A stretch of DNA of 64,000 nucleotides, taken from the IMG/VR virus record IMGVR_UViG_3300037483_000076, positions 31,563-95,562 of that record. The stretch is one strand, 5' to 3'. This document shows, in pieces, positions 1-10,067 of this stretch (the stretch's first letter is position 1; each line of letters starts with the position of its first letter). The stretch comes from a virus. The notes under the pieces were generated by a model, which was given only the letters and a program-made list of their open reading frames with translations, made no database searches and had not been told where the DNA came from. The position numbers and the translations under genes were made by a program.

Positions 1-2
1 CT

Positions 3-2348
3 TACGCTAGCATTCCTCTTGGAACAATAACTAACAAATTAAAAACTTTATCTAGTAGTATAACTCCTATTGAAGAAACTAAACCTCTCTGGCAATTAGG
101 TGCTGTAGCACAAGCTAGAATTAAGTATAAATACTCTGGTGGTAAAGGAGGGGTAGGTCCAGAATCTCTTAACAACGTACATCATATCATGTGTCAAGTT
201 GCTGGAGTATCCTTTAACTATAATGTAGGATTAGGTAAAGTTGATGAAGATGGTAATACATCTCTACATGATATAGATAGTTTACCAGAAGAAGATGGTC
301 AAATAATAGCTATATCAGACTGGTTATCAGCTTTGATTGATGCTCACGTTGATATCGCAAAAGACCCTTATATTATTAACTTAAATGTTGTAAGTGATAC
401 ATATGATGTAGCTAACTTATTAGTTCGTATAGGTATGGGATCTAAAACATTTCAATTCTTACCACAACCTATTCTTAAAGAATTAGTTCACGAACTTGAT
501 AGTGAAAAAGGTGAGATAAAAGTATCTAGTGTAACTAAACCTATAGATAAAATTAGAGAGAAATATGAGAAATTAGCTGGGAAAACTAGAGTAGGAAGTG
601 GTTATAATCCTTTCAATGATGATTTAGTTGGATTAATTACTCTGGATAAATCAGAGAGGAATGAGATGTGGCATGCTAAACAATTAGCTATACTTAATTT
701 ATTTGATACTCTAGATAAAGGTGCTGGCAAACAGTTAAATGGACTAGTAATGTCTTCTAGGGTTGATACAAAGAAATATGCTACTGATTTAATATCTAAT
801 GAATTATACATCCAGGCAATGAAGGATATGTATAAGGAGGATAACTTCACTAATTTAGATAAGCTATTAGGATTTGATCCAGAAAATGAACTATCTACAC
901 AATCTGATTATAGTACATTCTTAGGAACATATTATAATAATGGTCCTGCAATGTTAAGACAATTATTTGGTAATAAGAGTATTACTGGCACTAAGTCATT
1001 TCAAACCGCTCTCTATAGAATAGGTAATTTAGCTGGTATAACTAAGTTTACTAAAGATAGGAAGGGTAAGTTAAATAGGATTGGTGATGAAATATACTCA
1101 GCGTTAATGGGTAAGTTCTTTACAGAAGAAATAGGATTAACTGAGGATGATGTAAAAACTATCATGACTAGTGTCCCAGCTTTTGTAAGAGATGTAAAGA
1201 CTAAACATCCTGAATTATCTGAGAATGTATTAATGGAGTCACTTGTAAAAGGATTAGAAACTATTGATGATCTAACATTTACTGGTATACCATCTATCAA
1301 ATCTGACGATAATAGAGAAGATTATATGTTTGCTTGGAAAGAATTGCTACAATCTAATAATAAAGATGTAGTAAGTTTTGCTAAGAGATTATATGTATAT
1401 TCATATTATACATCTGGATACAGACAAGGACTATTTAGTTTATTTCAATATGTACCTGTTGATCTACATATGAAGTTTCAAATGAATGACTTAGAAGTTA
1501 GTTTTAAAGACTATGCTGCTAAATTACTTGAAACTATGAGTGATGAAGAAAAAGGTGGAATTGAATTAGGTGACGTAGCTAATACTATATTTAAGAATAA
1601 TTGGATGAATACATCCTTTACTCCTAGAGTATACGAAAGAGCCATAAGTGCTCCTATTACTATTGGTAAAGATAAGGATAAACAAACTATTGGATCTACT
1701 ATATTTACTAGAAAGAAGAATCCTAAGACAGGTAAATGGGAAGTTAATGTAGCTAAAGTTGGGAATAATGCAGATGGTAATCCTATTTATCAGCCCACTA
1801 TACTGTATCAAATTGATAAAGATAATAGTATTCTTATGGAATACATAGGATTTATTGATGATAAGTGGCAAACTCCTGTATATAAAGCTATTCAGAAATT
1901 AGGTTATAATAATAAAGGTAGGAGAATTGTTGAATATGGGTTCACTAAATCTATAATTAAACGTAATAATAGTATTAAAGAAATTGATGATAGTAAATTT
2001 ATGAGTTTAATAAAAGATAAGAGTGCTTATAGTGACTTTGTATATATACCTATGGAAAGTAGGGTAGTTGTAGAAATGCCTATTATAGGCTCACCACAAG
2101 AAGATACTACTGAAAAGACTTATACTGTCACTGAAGATAGATCGTTGAATGTAGGGGCTGAAAATAGCCTAGAATCAAGTCCTATTACTCAAGAACAACT
2201 AGATGCTATTAATGAACAATTAAAGAATTCAAGTCCATTTAATACTGTAGGGACAACTGTTGAAATAGATTACTTCACTCCTATTACAATGGATGAATGG
2301 AATAGTATGACAAAAGATGAACAAGATAACCTATTAAACTGCTTATAA
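3..2348 (+). CDS. C-terminal part of a giant crAss-like virion-packaged RNA polymerase-like protein (5'-truncated by the window)
   Basis: Frame is open from base 3 (YASIPLGT...GGKGGVGPESLNNVHHIMCQ), so the ATG at 189 is internal. LSALIDAHVDIAKDPYI resembles the (A)VD..K motif of crAss-type/QDE-1-like RNAPs. The catalytic DxDxD is not in the window. Confidence 0.65.
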   Translation, partial: YASIPLGTITNKLKTLSSSITPIEETKPLWQLGAVAQARIKYKYSGGKGGVGPESLNNVHHIMCQVAGVSFNYNVGLGKVDEDGNTSLHDIDSLPEEDGQIIAISDWLSALIDAHVDIAKDPYIINLNVVSDTYDVANLLVRIGMGSKTFQFLPQPILKELVHELDSEKGEIKVSSVTKPIDKIREKYEKLAGKTRVGSGYNPFNDDLVGLITLDKSERNEMWHAKQLAILNLFDTLDKGAGKQLNGLVMSSRVDTKKYATDLISNELYIQAMKDMYKEDNFTNLDKLLGFDPENELSTQSDYSTFLGTYYNNGPAMLRQLFGNKSITGTKSFQTALYRIGNLAGITKFTKDRKGKLNRIGDEIYSALMGKFFTEEIGLTEDDVKTIMTSVPAFVRDVKTKHPELSENVLMESLVKGLETIDDLTFTGIPSIKSDDNREDYMFAWKELLQSNNKDVVSFAKRLYVYSYYTSGYRQGLFSLFQYVPVDLHMKFQMNDLEVSFKDYAAKLLETMSDEEKGGIELGDVANTIFKNNWMNTSFTPRVYERAISAPITIGKDKDKQTIGSTIFTRKKNPKTGKWEVNVAKVGNNADGNPIYQPTILYQIDKDNSILMEYIGFIDDKWQTPVYKAIQKLGYNNKGRRIVEYGFTKSIIKRNNSIKEIDDSKFMSLIKDKSAYSDFVYIPMESRVVVEMPIIGSPQEDTTEKTYTVTEDRSLNVGAENSLESSPITQEQLDAINEQLKNSSPFNTVGTTVEIDYFTPITMDEWNSMTKDEQDNLLNCL

Positions 2349-2349
2349 T

Positions 2350-5300
2350 ATGAACAAATGTGTTAACAAATCTTCAAAAGAGTTCATTGAACTAGTTAGA
2401 CAATCTGGTTTAAATCCAGCTATATTAGCAGCTAAGATGGGTGCATACATGACATCCAAAGATACTGATGAGTGGCCTAGTTTGGAAGAATTAGGTATTG
2501 CTCCAGCTATTAACCCTATTAGTCTAGAAGAAGTATTAGAAAAATATCCTGAATTAACAGAAACTACTACTGAGGAAGAGACTCTTATTTCAGATTTATC
2601 TAATCCAGATAGACTTACAGCTCTTAAAGAACAGATGATTAAGTCATTAGAGGCTAGATATGAAAGAAATAGACGATTTAAGAATGCTTCTAGAGATGAT
2701 CTTATTAAACAAGAAGAACTTATTAAAAAGATTAATGAGTTAGAGACTAAACAATCTATTGCTTTATTTATAGAACAAGCTAGTCAGTCTACTAATAAAG
2801 TATTTAATACTTGGAAAGATCAATATAGAGATAAAGTAAATGCTATAATTAGTGGGAAATCTGATAAATCCCTTAAAGATGTACTTAAGCCAGGGTTATT
2901 ATACATATGGAAAGATTATATATCTACATATGATGATATGGATGACTATGTTAATTATATGACAGAAAACGGGTTAATTGACATAGATTCCGAAGAACAT
3001 AAGAAACTATTACTAGTAAGTAAGAAAAAAGATACTATTAAGTCATTATACACTACATATGGGCAACAGATATTAGCTGAGGAATTAACTCCTTATTATA
3101 ATGAGATTTATAAGAAGTTTGAGAATAACAAACGTAAAGTATATAGGTCATTACCAGAAGTTGAAAAAGCTAAATATACTGAAGAGCAGTATATAGATAT
3201 GCAAAAAGATTTAGAAGCCACTAATCTTAGACAACAGACTATTAATCTATTACAAGGAGAGCTTATTACAGCATCTAAAGATATAGGTTATATGACTAGA
3301 TGGTTTGCTAGTGCATTAGAAACTAGTGACCCTATATTTGCAGCATTAGTAGAGAAGTTTCAGTTTAAAGAAATAGAACGTAGGACTGAGAAGATATTAC
3401 CTATGCGAGAAAAGTTAGTTCATTCTCTTCGTAGATTGGAAGAATATGCTAAAAGTAAAACTAACTTTAAACAGTTATATAATTCTATCTTAGAAAAAGA
3501 TGAGAAAGGTAATTTAACTGGTAAACATGTTGATCGTTTTGGTAGTGCCTTCTGGAGTGCATATGATAAATTTAAAGCAGATACTGCTGCTAATATTAAA
3601 TTAGACGATGATGAGAGGGGTAAGGAGATTAAAGCTTGGTTAAATAAGAACGCTCCTCTTAGACGTACAGAGTTTAATACAGATAAGTGGATTAATATAG
3701 ATGCTCTTCATAAAGAAGGAGTGATATCTGATGAAGAATTAGCTGTATTAGAAGAGAATGAAATGACATATGATTTCCAATCTTATTGGGATCTAAAGGA
3801 ATCTGGACGATTAAGTGCTGAAACATCTAAAATTCTATCTGATTGGCAATTTGATAATATATGGAACTACAGAGATCCAGATGCTAAATGGTCTAGTAAA
3901 AATAAGTCATGGTATGAGTTTAAACGATTACCAAAACATGATTCAACAGTAGAATTATTTGATTTATTACTGGAGATTAAGAACGAAGCAAATGAGTTAC
4001 TTCCTCCTTCAATGAGATTAAAACATGGAGATCTACCAAATATACTTGCTAGTAATGAGGAAAGATTGGTAGATGGAGATGTAATGGGAGCATTTAAGAA
4101 TGCTATAGCTAGACAACTTGATGTTCTAGTCGACGATGATACTAGAGGTAATCAACCTTTAGAGGATGCCCAAGGTAATAAGATACATATGGTTCCTATC
4201 TATTATACTGGTAAAACTAATACTAAAGTAGGTGATGAATGGCAATATGATCCGACTAAACAATCTTATGATTTAGCTAGTATATTCTTTAGATATTACG
4301 ATATGGCTACTCTACATAATATCAGAAATGAGATGAAAGTAGAAGCTGAAATGGCTAAGTATTTTGTTCAAAATAGAGATATAACTTTAATTGATGATAA
4401 AGGTAATCCTGTTAAGAAAACAAAAGGTCAAGTAACTAAAGGTACTAATCAAACTCAAGAAAAACTTAAGAATAGAGTAGCTGAACAATTAACTGATTGG
4501 ATAGAAGAAAATATATATGGTATTAAAGAATTAGGATTAGGTCAAGCTAATATCCTTGGATTAAAGGTTGATAATGCTAAGGCAGCTAAATTACTAAGTA
4601 AGTATACATCACTTAGTGTAATGGCATTAAACTTTAAAACTGCCGTATCCAACGTAATGATGGGTGAGATGCAACAAATAGGTGAGTCGTTTGCTGGTCA
4701 ACATATGACAAAGAAATCACTTCATAAAGCTACTATAATGTATGATAAGAATTTTGCTGGAATAGTTGCTGATACTACATCTAGACTTCCTAAAAATATA
4801 GTTTCTTTATTAGATGAAGAATTTCAAATTAGTATGGAATCATTAGATCCTAAGTTTAAAGATAGTAATAGAATTAAACAAGTTGCTAAAACTAGTTCCT
4901 TATATGTAATGCTTAGAATGGGTGATCACTGGATGAAAAATAGATTCTTCTTAGGTATGTTAAATGAGAAGAAAGCTTATGATAAGAATGGAGTAGAATT
5001 AGGTAGTATCCTTGATATGTATACTGCTAAAGATAGTAAGTTAATACTAGATTCTAGAGTTGATTTAGATAAGTCTAAGTGGAATAAGGAAGATAAGTAT
5101 AGATTTACTATGAAAGTACAAGGAGTACTATCTGGTATACATCAAGAAATATCTCCATTAGGTAGAGCTGCTGCTGAACGTAATGCTCTATTAGGATTAG
5201 CTTTATTATTCCGTAAATTCATTGCACCAGGAGTAGCACGTAGATATAAGAAAAAATCTTATGTAGAACGAGTAGGTGATTACACTGAAGGATATTATAG

Positions 5301-5799
5301 AACTACAGGTAGATTCTTTAATAACATAAGAAAAGAACTTAAGATTTACAAATTTGCTGTGTTATCAGAAAATTGGAGTAAGTTAACTAAAGAAGAGAAG
5401 TCTAATATAATTCGTACAGCTAATGATGTAGCTTTCTTAGCAATAGCTATAGCAATGACTGTGTTACTATCTGGTGGAGACGATGATGACGATAATGCTT
5501 GGATTACAGATTTTACTATTTATCAGATGACACGATTCCAAACAGAAATCTTATTCTTTACACCAAAAATTGATGAAACAATGACATTACTTAGATCACC
5601 ATTTGCATCACTGCAAGTAGTAGAAAATATAGGTAAGTTATTATATCAATTATCTGATAATCCAACTGAAGTATATGTGAGAGGACCTTGGAAGGGACGA
5701 CTTAAAATAGAGAAACCATTCTTTAGTTTAATACCAGTTATGAAAGGATTTTATTCAACTAGAGATATTAAAGAACAAACTAAGTTCTTAAACCAATAA
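2350..5799 (+). CDS. Large virion (ejection/cargo-like) protein
   Basis: 1149 aa helical ORF right after the RNAP-like gene, with a C-terminal hydrophobic segment (VAFLAIAIAMTVLL) followed by a poly-D run. Position is typical of crAss giant virion proteins. Confidence 0.55.
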   Translation: MNKCVNKSSKEFIELVRQSGLNPAILAAKMGAYMTSKDTDEWPSLEELGIAPAINPISLEEVLEKYPELTETTTEEETLISDLSNPDRLTALKEQMIKSLEARYERNRRFKNASRDDLIKQEELIKKINELETKQSIALFIEQASQSTNKVFNTWKDQYRDKVNAIISGKSDKSLKDVLKPGLLYIWKDYISTYDDMDDYVNYMTENGLIDIDSEEHKKLLLVSKKKDTIKSLYTTYGQQILAEELTPYYNEIYKKFENNKRKVYRSLPEVEKAKYTEEQYIDMQKDLEATNLRQQTINLLQGELITASKDIGYMTRWFASALETSDPIFAALVEKFQFKEIERRTEKILPMREKLVHSLRRLEEYAKSKTNFKQLYNSILEKDEKGNLTGKHVDRFGSAFWSAYDKFKADTAANIKLDDDERGKEIKAWLNKNAPLRRTEFNTDKWINIDALHKEGVISDEELAVLEENEMTYDFQSYWDLKESGRLSAETSKILSDWQFDNIWNYRDPDAKWSSKNKSWYEFKRLPKHDSTVELFDLLLEIKNEANELLPPSMRLKHGDLPNILASNEERLVDGDVMGAFKNAIARQLDVLVDDDTRGNQPLEDAQGNKIHMVPIYYTGKTNTKVGDEWQYDPTKQSYDLASIFFRYYDMATLHNIRNEMKVEAEMAKYFVQNRDITLIDDKGNPVKKTKGQVTKGTNQTQEKLKNRVAEQLTDWIEENIYGIKELGLGQANILGLKVDNAKAAKLLSKYTSLSVMALNFKTAVSNVMMGEMQQIGESFAGQHMTKKSLHKATIMYDKNFAGIVADTTSRLPKNIVSLLDEEFQISMESLDPKFKDSNRIKQVAKTSSLYVMLRMGDHWMKNRFFLGMLNEKKAYDKNGVELGSILDMYTAKDSKLILDSRVDLDKSKWNKEDKYRFTMKVQGVLSGIHQEISPLGRAAAERNALLGLALLFRKFIAPGVARRYKKKSYVERVGDYTEGYYRTTGRFFNNIRKELKIYKFAVLSENWSKLTKEEKSNIIRTANDVAFLAIAIAMTVLLSGGDDDDDNAWITDFTIYQMTRFQTEILFFTPKIDETMTLLRSPFASLQVVENIGKLLYQLSDNPTEVYVRGPWKGRLKIEKPFFSLIPVMKGFYSTRDIKEQTKFLNQ

Positions 5800-5819
5800 G
5801 ACAAACTTTATAAAATGAT

Positions 5820-5860
5820 AAAGGGATTACTGCCTCAACACAGTAGTCCCTTTTTTATTT
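5820..5860. terminator. Bidirectional intrinsic terminator between convergent blocks
   Basis: aagggattactg-loop-cagtagtccctt hairpin followed by a T-run on + and preceded by an A-rich run. Confidence 0.8.
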
Positions 5861-5863
5861 AAC

Positions 5864-6997
5864 TTAATCAAACTTTAATAAGAAATCTGGATTAATTACT
5901 TTAAATGAAAGTAATTTCTTACCATTCTCAATACACCTAACTACTATACCTTCTCTAGGAATATCTGCTAATACAGATTTACCTTTACTAAATTCAACTA
6001 GTTCTTGAACTGTTGAACCTAATTCTGAAAGTTTACATTTTTTAATTAAAGGTACTCTTTCTAATTTATTATCTCCACAAAATTTAGTAATTTCATCATA
6101 GTCATAAAAATAATTTGTAACATAGTCAATAATATTAAATACCCACATCTTTGTAGTATTTAGTTTATACTTATTTCCCTGTACTTGAGGAGCACCTTGC
6201 TCACCTTGGATTGTTAATGAGTTATATTTTTCCCTAATTAATAGTTTCTCAATGCTATATTTATTAGCAATTTGTTGGTATAAACTATTCTTACTATTGT
6301 TAACAAAGTTTCTACTACATACTATAAATTTAAACTTCTTTGGTAAGAATTTACCAATTATTGGTATAGTATTAGGAATCATTTTACCAGTAAACGTAAC
6401 ACTCTGGTAATCTATTTTCTCAGTAACATATACTTCATTATCTGCAAATTGGTGTAATACTTGAGGAATATTTTGAATACGTTCTTCATCAGTTTTACTT
6501 ACCCAATATGGAAATCCAGACTTTTGTTTCTTAGTAAGAAATAATTTTCTAAACCAAGAATATCTCATCATAAACTTCTTAAGTCTATTCTTTTCTAACT
6601 TAATCTTCTCTTCTTCTCTCTGTAATTCAGATTGTTCAAAAGGAGATAAGTACTTAGTTATACCTAATTCTTCAGTTACATCAGATCCTATAGAACATTT
6701 ATCGTTTCTTTTTACTGTCCAATCTTTAGGTAATGATAGGATTAAACCTTGACTAACTTGTCCTCTAAGTTTAATAGTTTTAACTCTGAATTTCCTATCT
6801 CTAAGGAATTCGTATTCTGGTTTTTCAGGCATTACAGAATCTACTTCTACATAGATTACTTTGTCACCTACTTTAAAACCATCTGTTTTTGCTACAACAC
6901 ATTGCCAACCAAGTACAGTAGCTACTTCAATCTTATCAGCTCCTTCAATTGGAGATAAACTAAGTATCTGTTCAATATGTGCTAATTTTCTATCCAT
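5864..6997 (-). CDS. RNA ligase, DRB0094/Rnl5-like family (N-terminal OB domain plus nucleotidyltransferase)
   Basis: N-terminal RKLA..I....PIEGAD.IE, GW..VV.K and VKTIKLRGQVSQGL; KTDEERIQN; motif I TEKIDY; QGE; EGIVVR; SFKVINPDFLL. Confidence 0.9.
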   Translation of the reverse strand: MDRKLAHIEQILSLSPIEGADKIEVATVLGWQCVVAKTDGFKVGDKVIYVEVDSVMPEKPEYEFLRDRKFRVKTIKLRGQVSQGLILSLPKDWTVKRNDKCSIGSDVTEELGITKYLSPFEQSELQREEEKIKLEKNRLKKFMMRYSWFRKLFLTKKQKSGFPYWVSKTDEERIQNIPQVLHQFADNEVYVTEKIDYQSVTFTGKMIPNTIPIIGKFLPKKFKFIVCSRNFVNNSKNSLYQQIANKYSIEKLLIREKYNSLTIQGEQGAPQVQGNKYKLNTTKMWVFNIIDYVTNYFYDYDEITKFCGDNKLERVPLIKKCKLSELGSTVQELVEFSKGKSVLADIPREGIVVRCIENGKKLLSFKVINPDFLLKFD

Positions 6998-7003
6998 ATT
7001 ATA

Positions 7004-7042
7004 AAAATAAAAAAGGAGCTACTACCTCAATAGTAACTCCTC
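7004..7042 (-). terminator. Terminator/attenuator hairpin between AAA ATPase and RNA ligase
   Basis: aggagctacta/tagtaactcct stem (G-U pair on the minus strand) followed by a U-run on minus. Confidence 0.7.
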
Positions 7043-7064
7043 TAATTAACTTAATCTATGATCT

Positions 7065-8015
7065 TTAATTTAGTTGTATATCACTTACTTCAAATGCATT
7101 ATCATCTGGTGTAGGATAACTACTTAGTAAATCATGTAATTCCATTATTTCATCTGCTGGAGATATAAATCCAACAGAACGTTTCATTTCAAGAGGACTA
7201 GATATAGTAATATCTATAACTTCTCCAGTTCTTTCAAATGTTAGTTGTGACGCAATTACATCTCGAATAATATGTCTTATTCTATCTATTGACATATTTT
7301 TATGACCTTTTAACTTAGTCATAAGTAATTCTGTATCTAATTTACTTCTATAGGATTCTGGAATAAGATTATTAACAATAGTTGCTAACACAATATCATC
7401 ATTAAATGTAAATTCAAATATCTTTTCAAATCTACTAGGTCTATCATGTATAAAAGATGGGAGTTGCGAAGTATCATTTACAGTAGCTATAATAATTACA
7501 TTATCTCGTTCTTTAGCTCCACTTAAAAATGATAACATATCTGTATCATATGATCTAAATGTTTTTTCAAACTCATCCATTATAAGTATTATCTTTCTAT
7601 CTGGATCATCTGATCGTACTCCATCAATAATAGTACTGTAATCACCAGATTTAGTAGCTAATATACCTACAGCATCATATTGGTCACATAGTTCTTCGGC
7701 AATTTGTCCTGCAAGAAAAGTTTTTCCTACTCCAGGTTCACCATTAAACATTACACCTAATTTATTCTTCATACCAAGAATACTACGAGCTTGAACCATA
7801 GATTCAGAAAAGAAGTCATTGAGAAATGTTCTAGCTTCTTTAAATATACCATGATTAACTAAAGTACCTTTTTTATAATCATTGTTCTTAGAGAACATTG
7901 GTGGAGCATTCTGAGATAGAGTAATATTGTACATACCTTTCTCTAATCTTTTCATAGTACTACTAGAAGAGTGTCCTAATAGTACAAAATCATTTGTTTC
8001 ATTTAGTAAAAACAT
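7065..8015 (-). CDS. AAA+ ATPase
   Basis: Walker A GEPGVGKT, Walker B ILIMDEFE, sensor ATVN, Arg finger DRPSRFE. Confidence 0.9.
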   Translation of the reverse strand: MFLLNETNDFVLLGHSSSSTMKRLEKGMYNITLSQNAPPMFSKNNDYKKGTLVNHGIFKEARTFLNDFFSESMVQARSILGMKNKLGVMFNGEPGVGKTFLAGQIAEELCDQYDAVGILATKSGDYSTIIDGVRSDDPDRKIILIMDEFEKTFRSYDTDMLSFLSGAKERDNVIIIATVNDTSQLPSFIHDRPSRFEKIFEFTFNDDIVLATIVNNLIPESYRSKLDTELLMTKLKGHKNMSIDRIRHIIRDVIASQLTFERTGEVIDITISSPLEMKRSVGFISPADEIMELHDLLSSYPTPDDNAFEVSDIQLN

Positions 8016-8048
8016 ATACGTTAATTTTGTTAAATTTGTAATTGTAAT

Positions 8049-8186
8049 TGGACTCTAGACAGGATTCGAACCTGTACGACTAATCCCACCTCAATCTTTC
8101 GATATATAGTATTCGTGAATCATAGTCTAAGCGAATACCTAGCGTCTACCACGACTGGGTAACCCAATCCTTTCACCACTAGAGTC
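8049..8186 (-). ncRNA. Expanded tRNA-Leu(UAG)-like RNA (non-canonical, 138 nt)
   Basis: Acceptor GACTCTAG/CTAGAGTC, Leu-type TGGTGAAA..GGTAGACGC, perfect T arm ACAGG-TTCGAAT-CCTGT. Insertions in the D loop, anticodon loop and variable region. Confidence 0.75.
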
Positions 8187-8237
8187 TTTATACTGTTATA
8201 AAAAGATACTATCTCTTTAACATCACAGTCAGTGTTA

Positions 8238-8564
8238 TTATGCAGTTACTACTACTGAAGTAAGATTAAATTCATATTTAGGTTCTTCACCAAATAAGTC
8301 TTTAAATGTTTCCAATGCTTCAGTAAATGACTTAGTTGCCATCTTAACTTTAAGGGCTAATTTAGCAATTGTACTAAAATCTGGTTTGTTCTGTGAATCA
8401 ACCTTAGATTTACGAAGGTCTGTTTCAGAAGTTTTAACTTCTTTATACATGTTGAACAATTCTCCTTCTGCTTGAATTTGAAGTTCTAATGCCGATTCTT
8501 CTAATTTAGTTACTTCAGCTTTGTCGTTTTGTGCTTTCCAAAAAGATACTAAAAAATTTGTCAT
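8238..8564 (-). CDS. Hypothetical protein
   Basis: 108 aa ORF with an A-rich leader, co-oriented with neighbours. Confidence 0.7.
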   Translation of the reverse strand: MTNFLVSFWKAQNDKAEVTKLEESALELQIQAEGELFNMYKEVKTSETDLRKSKVDSQNKPDFSTIAKLALKVKMATKSFTEALETFKDLFGEEPKYEFNLTSVVVTA

Positions 8565-8585
8565 ATTATTTAAGTTTTATATTAT

Positions 8586-8888
8586 TTATATTAATAAAAT
8601 TAATGTATCTGCTTCAGGTGCAGAAATAACCTTTAAAAATACCTTTTCAGTGGTAAAAATATCAATATTTGAATGATTATCGTTCCATTCTTCTTGATCA
8701 GTACAACCACAATCGTATTCATCACAATAATAACAATATGGAGTGTAACATCCTTTTATATTATTTATAGTTATCCAATAATCTCCAGAAGTATAGTTTA
8801 CTACTATTCCAGTAGAACCTTCTTCTAATCCATGATAACCTCCAGTTAATTGTACAATACAACCATTTTCTATTTCGAGATTTTTCAT
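8586..8888 (-). CDS. Hypothetical small beta-barrel-like, Cys-containing protein
   Basis: 100 aa; overlaps the neighbouring ORF by ATGA; ends DTLILLI. Confidence 0.7.
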   Translation of the reverse strand: MKNLEIENGCIVQLTGGYHGLEEGSTGIVVNYTSGDYWITINNIKGCYTPYCYYCDEYDCGCTDQEEWNDNHSNIDIFTTEKVFLKVISAPEADTLILLI

Positions 8889-9109
8889 AATAGTAGGATT
8901 AGTATGTCTTGGGATGGACTAATTAATTCTAATTCACTTGGAGTATACCAATATCCATGTCCACTTTTACATGTATATGAACAATGATGTCCCATCATAT
9001 AATCATCATGTTCTACTCCAAGTGTATCTCCTTCTTTACACATAATTATACCAGGTGAACGAGTTGTGTAAATAATAGACTTAACTCTATCTCCAACTTT
9101 AAATTCCAT
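8885..9109 (-). CDS. Hypothetical SH3/KOW-like protein
   Basis: Starts MEFKVGDRVK, typical of small phage SH3-like proteins; ends DILILLL. Confidence 0.7.
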   Translation of the reverse strand: MEFKVGDRVKSIIYTTRSPGIIMCKEGDTLGVEHDDYMMGHHCSYTCKSGHGYWYTPSELELISPSQDILILLL

Positions 9110-9125
9110 ATATTTAGCTATTTAG

Positions 9126-9199
9126 AAGCCCTACATTAAACGATCTATACGAAGTAATAGTTTATATCACTTTATATAGATCGTTTAATCATGAGGCTT
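9126..9199 (-). other. Long intergenic hairpin
   Basis: Perfect 15-bp attaaacgatctata/tatagatcgtttaat with outer aagcc/ggctt and an inner extension. Confidence 0.75.
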
Positions 9200-9211
9200 A
9201 AAATGGGTTAA

Positions 9212-10015
9212 TTACCAACTTATACCGAAAGGAATAAACCAATCGTAATTACCACTTTTTTTACTACGATTTAACCGTTCTTGTTCATCGCGATTTTTAC
9301 GTAATTCCTGTTCTTTTTCCTGTATCTCCTTTTCAGCAGCTACACGAACAGCCTGATTAGTAAGAGCTAACCATATACGTTTAAAGATGTTCATACCAAT
9401 AAACTCATCAACTTGTCCTTTAAGTTTCTTAATTTGAAGTTTCAGAGTAGCTATTTCCTCAGTACGAAGTTTTTCTAACTGTTCATCAGTCTTATCTTCT
9501 TTTACTTTAGTAATCTCTTCCTGTAATTCTTTAATTTTAAGATCTTTCTTAGTAGTTCGTTCTTTATAGTCACGTTCTAGTTCTTCACCACGAAGTGTGT
9601 ATAATTGACGAGTATTAGCTATTTCTGAATCCTTGTCTTTACGGAATCTCTCAATTTTATCGTTATGATCTTCAACAGCTTTCTTAGTAGTCTTTAATTC
9701 AGACTCTAATTTTTCTATCTCAGATTTAAATTTCTTTTCAGTAGCCTTTTCTATATCAAGTTTAACAGAATCAAGATTACGATATTCAATTATATTAGCT
9801 GGGACATATCCAAAACGATCTACTCCTTGTTGAATTATACGAACTTCAGGTTGTTTAGATTTAAGTTCTTCAATTTGACGTTCAAGAGTACTAATATGAG
9901 ATTCCTGAGTACCTATTTCACGATTAAGTGATTCTACATTAGTTTTAGAACTATTTAATTCTTCAGTTAATTCTAATACTTTATTTACTAAAGACATATC
10001 TTGTGTATTTTCCAT
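9212..10015 (-). CDS. Coiled-coil hypothetical protein
   Basis: 267 aa, E/K-rich heptad pattern. Confidence 0.75.
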   Translation of the reverse strand: MENTQDMSLVNKVLELTEELNSSKTNVESLNREIGTQESHISTLERQIEELKSKQPEVRIIQQGVDRFGYVPANIIEYRNLDSVKLDIEKATEKKFKSEIEKLESELKTTKKAVEDHNDKIERFRKDKDSEIANTRQLYTLRGEELERDYKERTTKKDLKIKELQEEITKVKEDKTDEQLEKLRTEEIATLKLQIKKLKGQVDEFIGMNIFKRIWLALTNQAVRVAAEKEIQEKEQELRKNRDEQERLNRSKKSGNYDWFIPFGISW

Positions 10016-10067
10016 AATTATATTTGGATTATTTGTTATTATTTGTAAATTGTCAAAATTGATGTAA

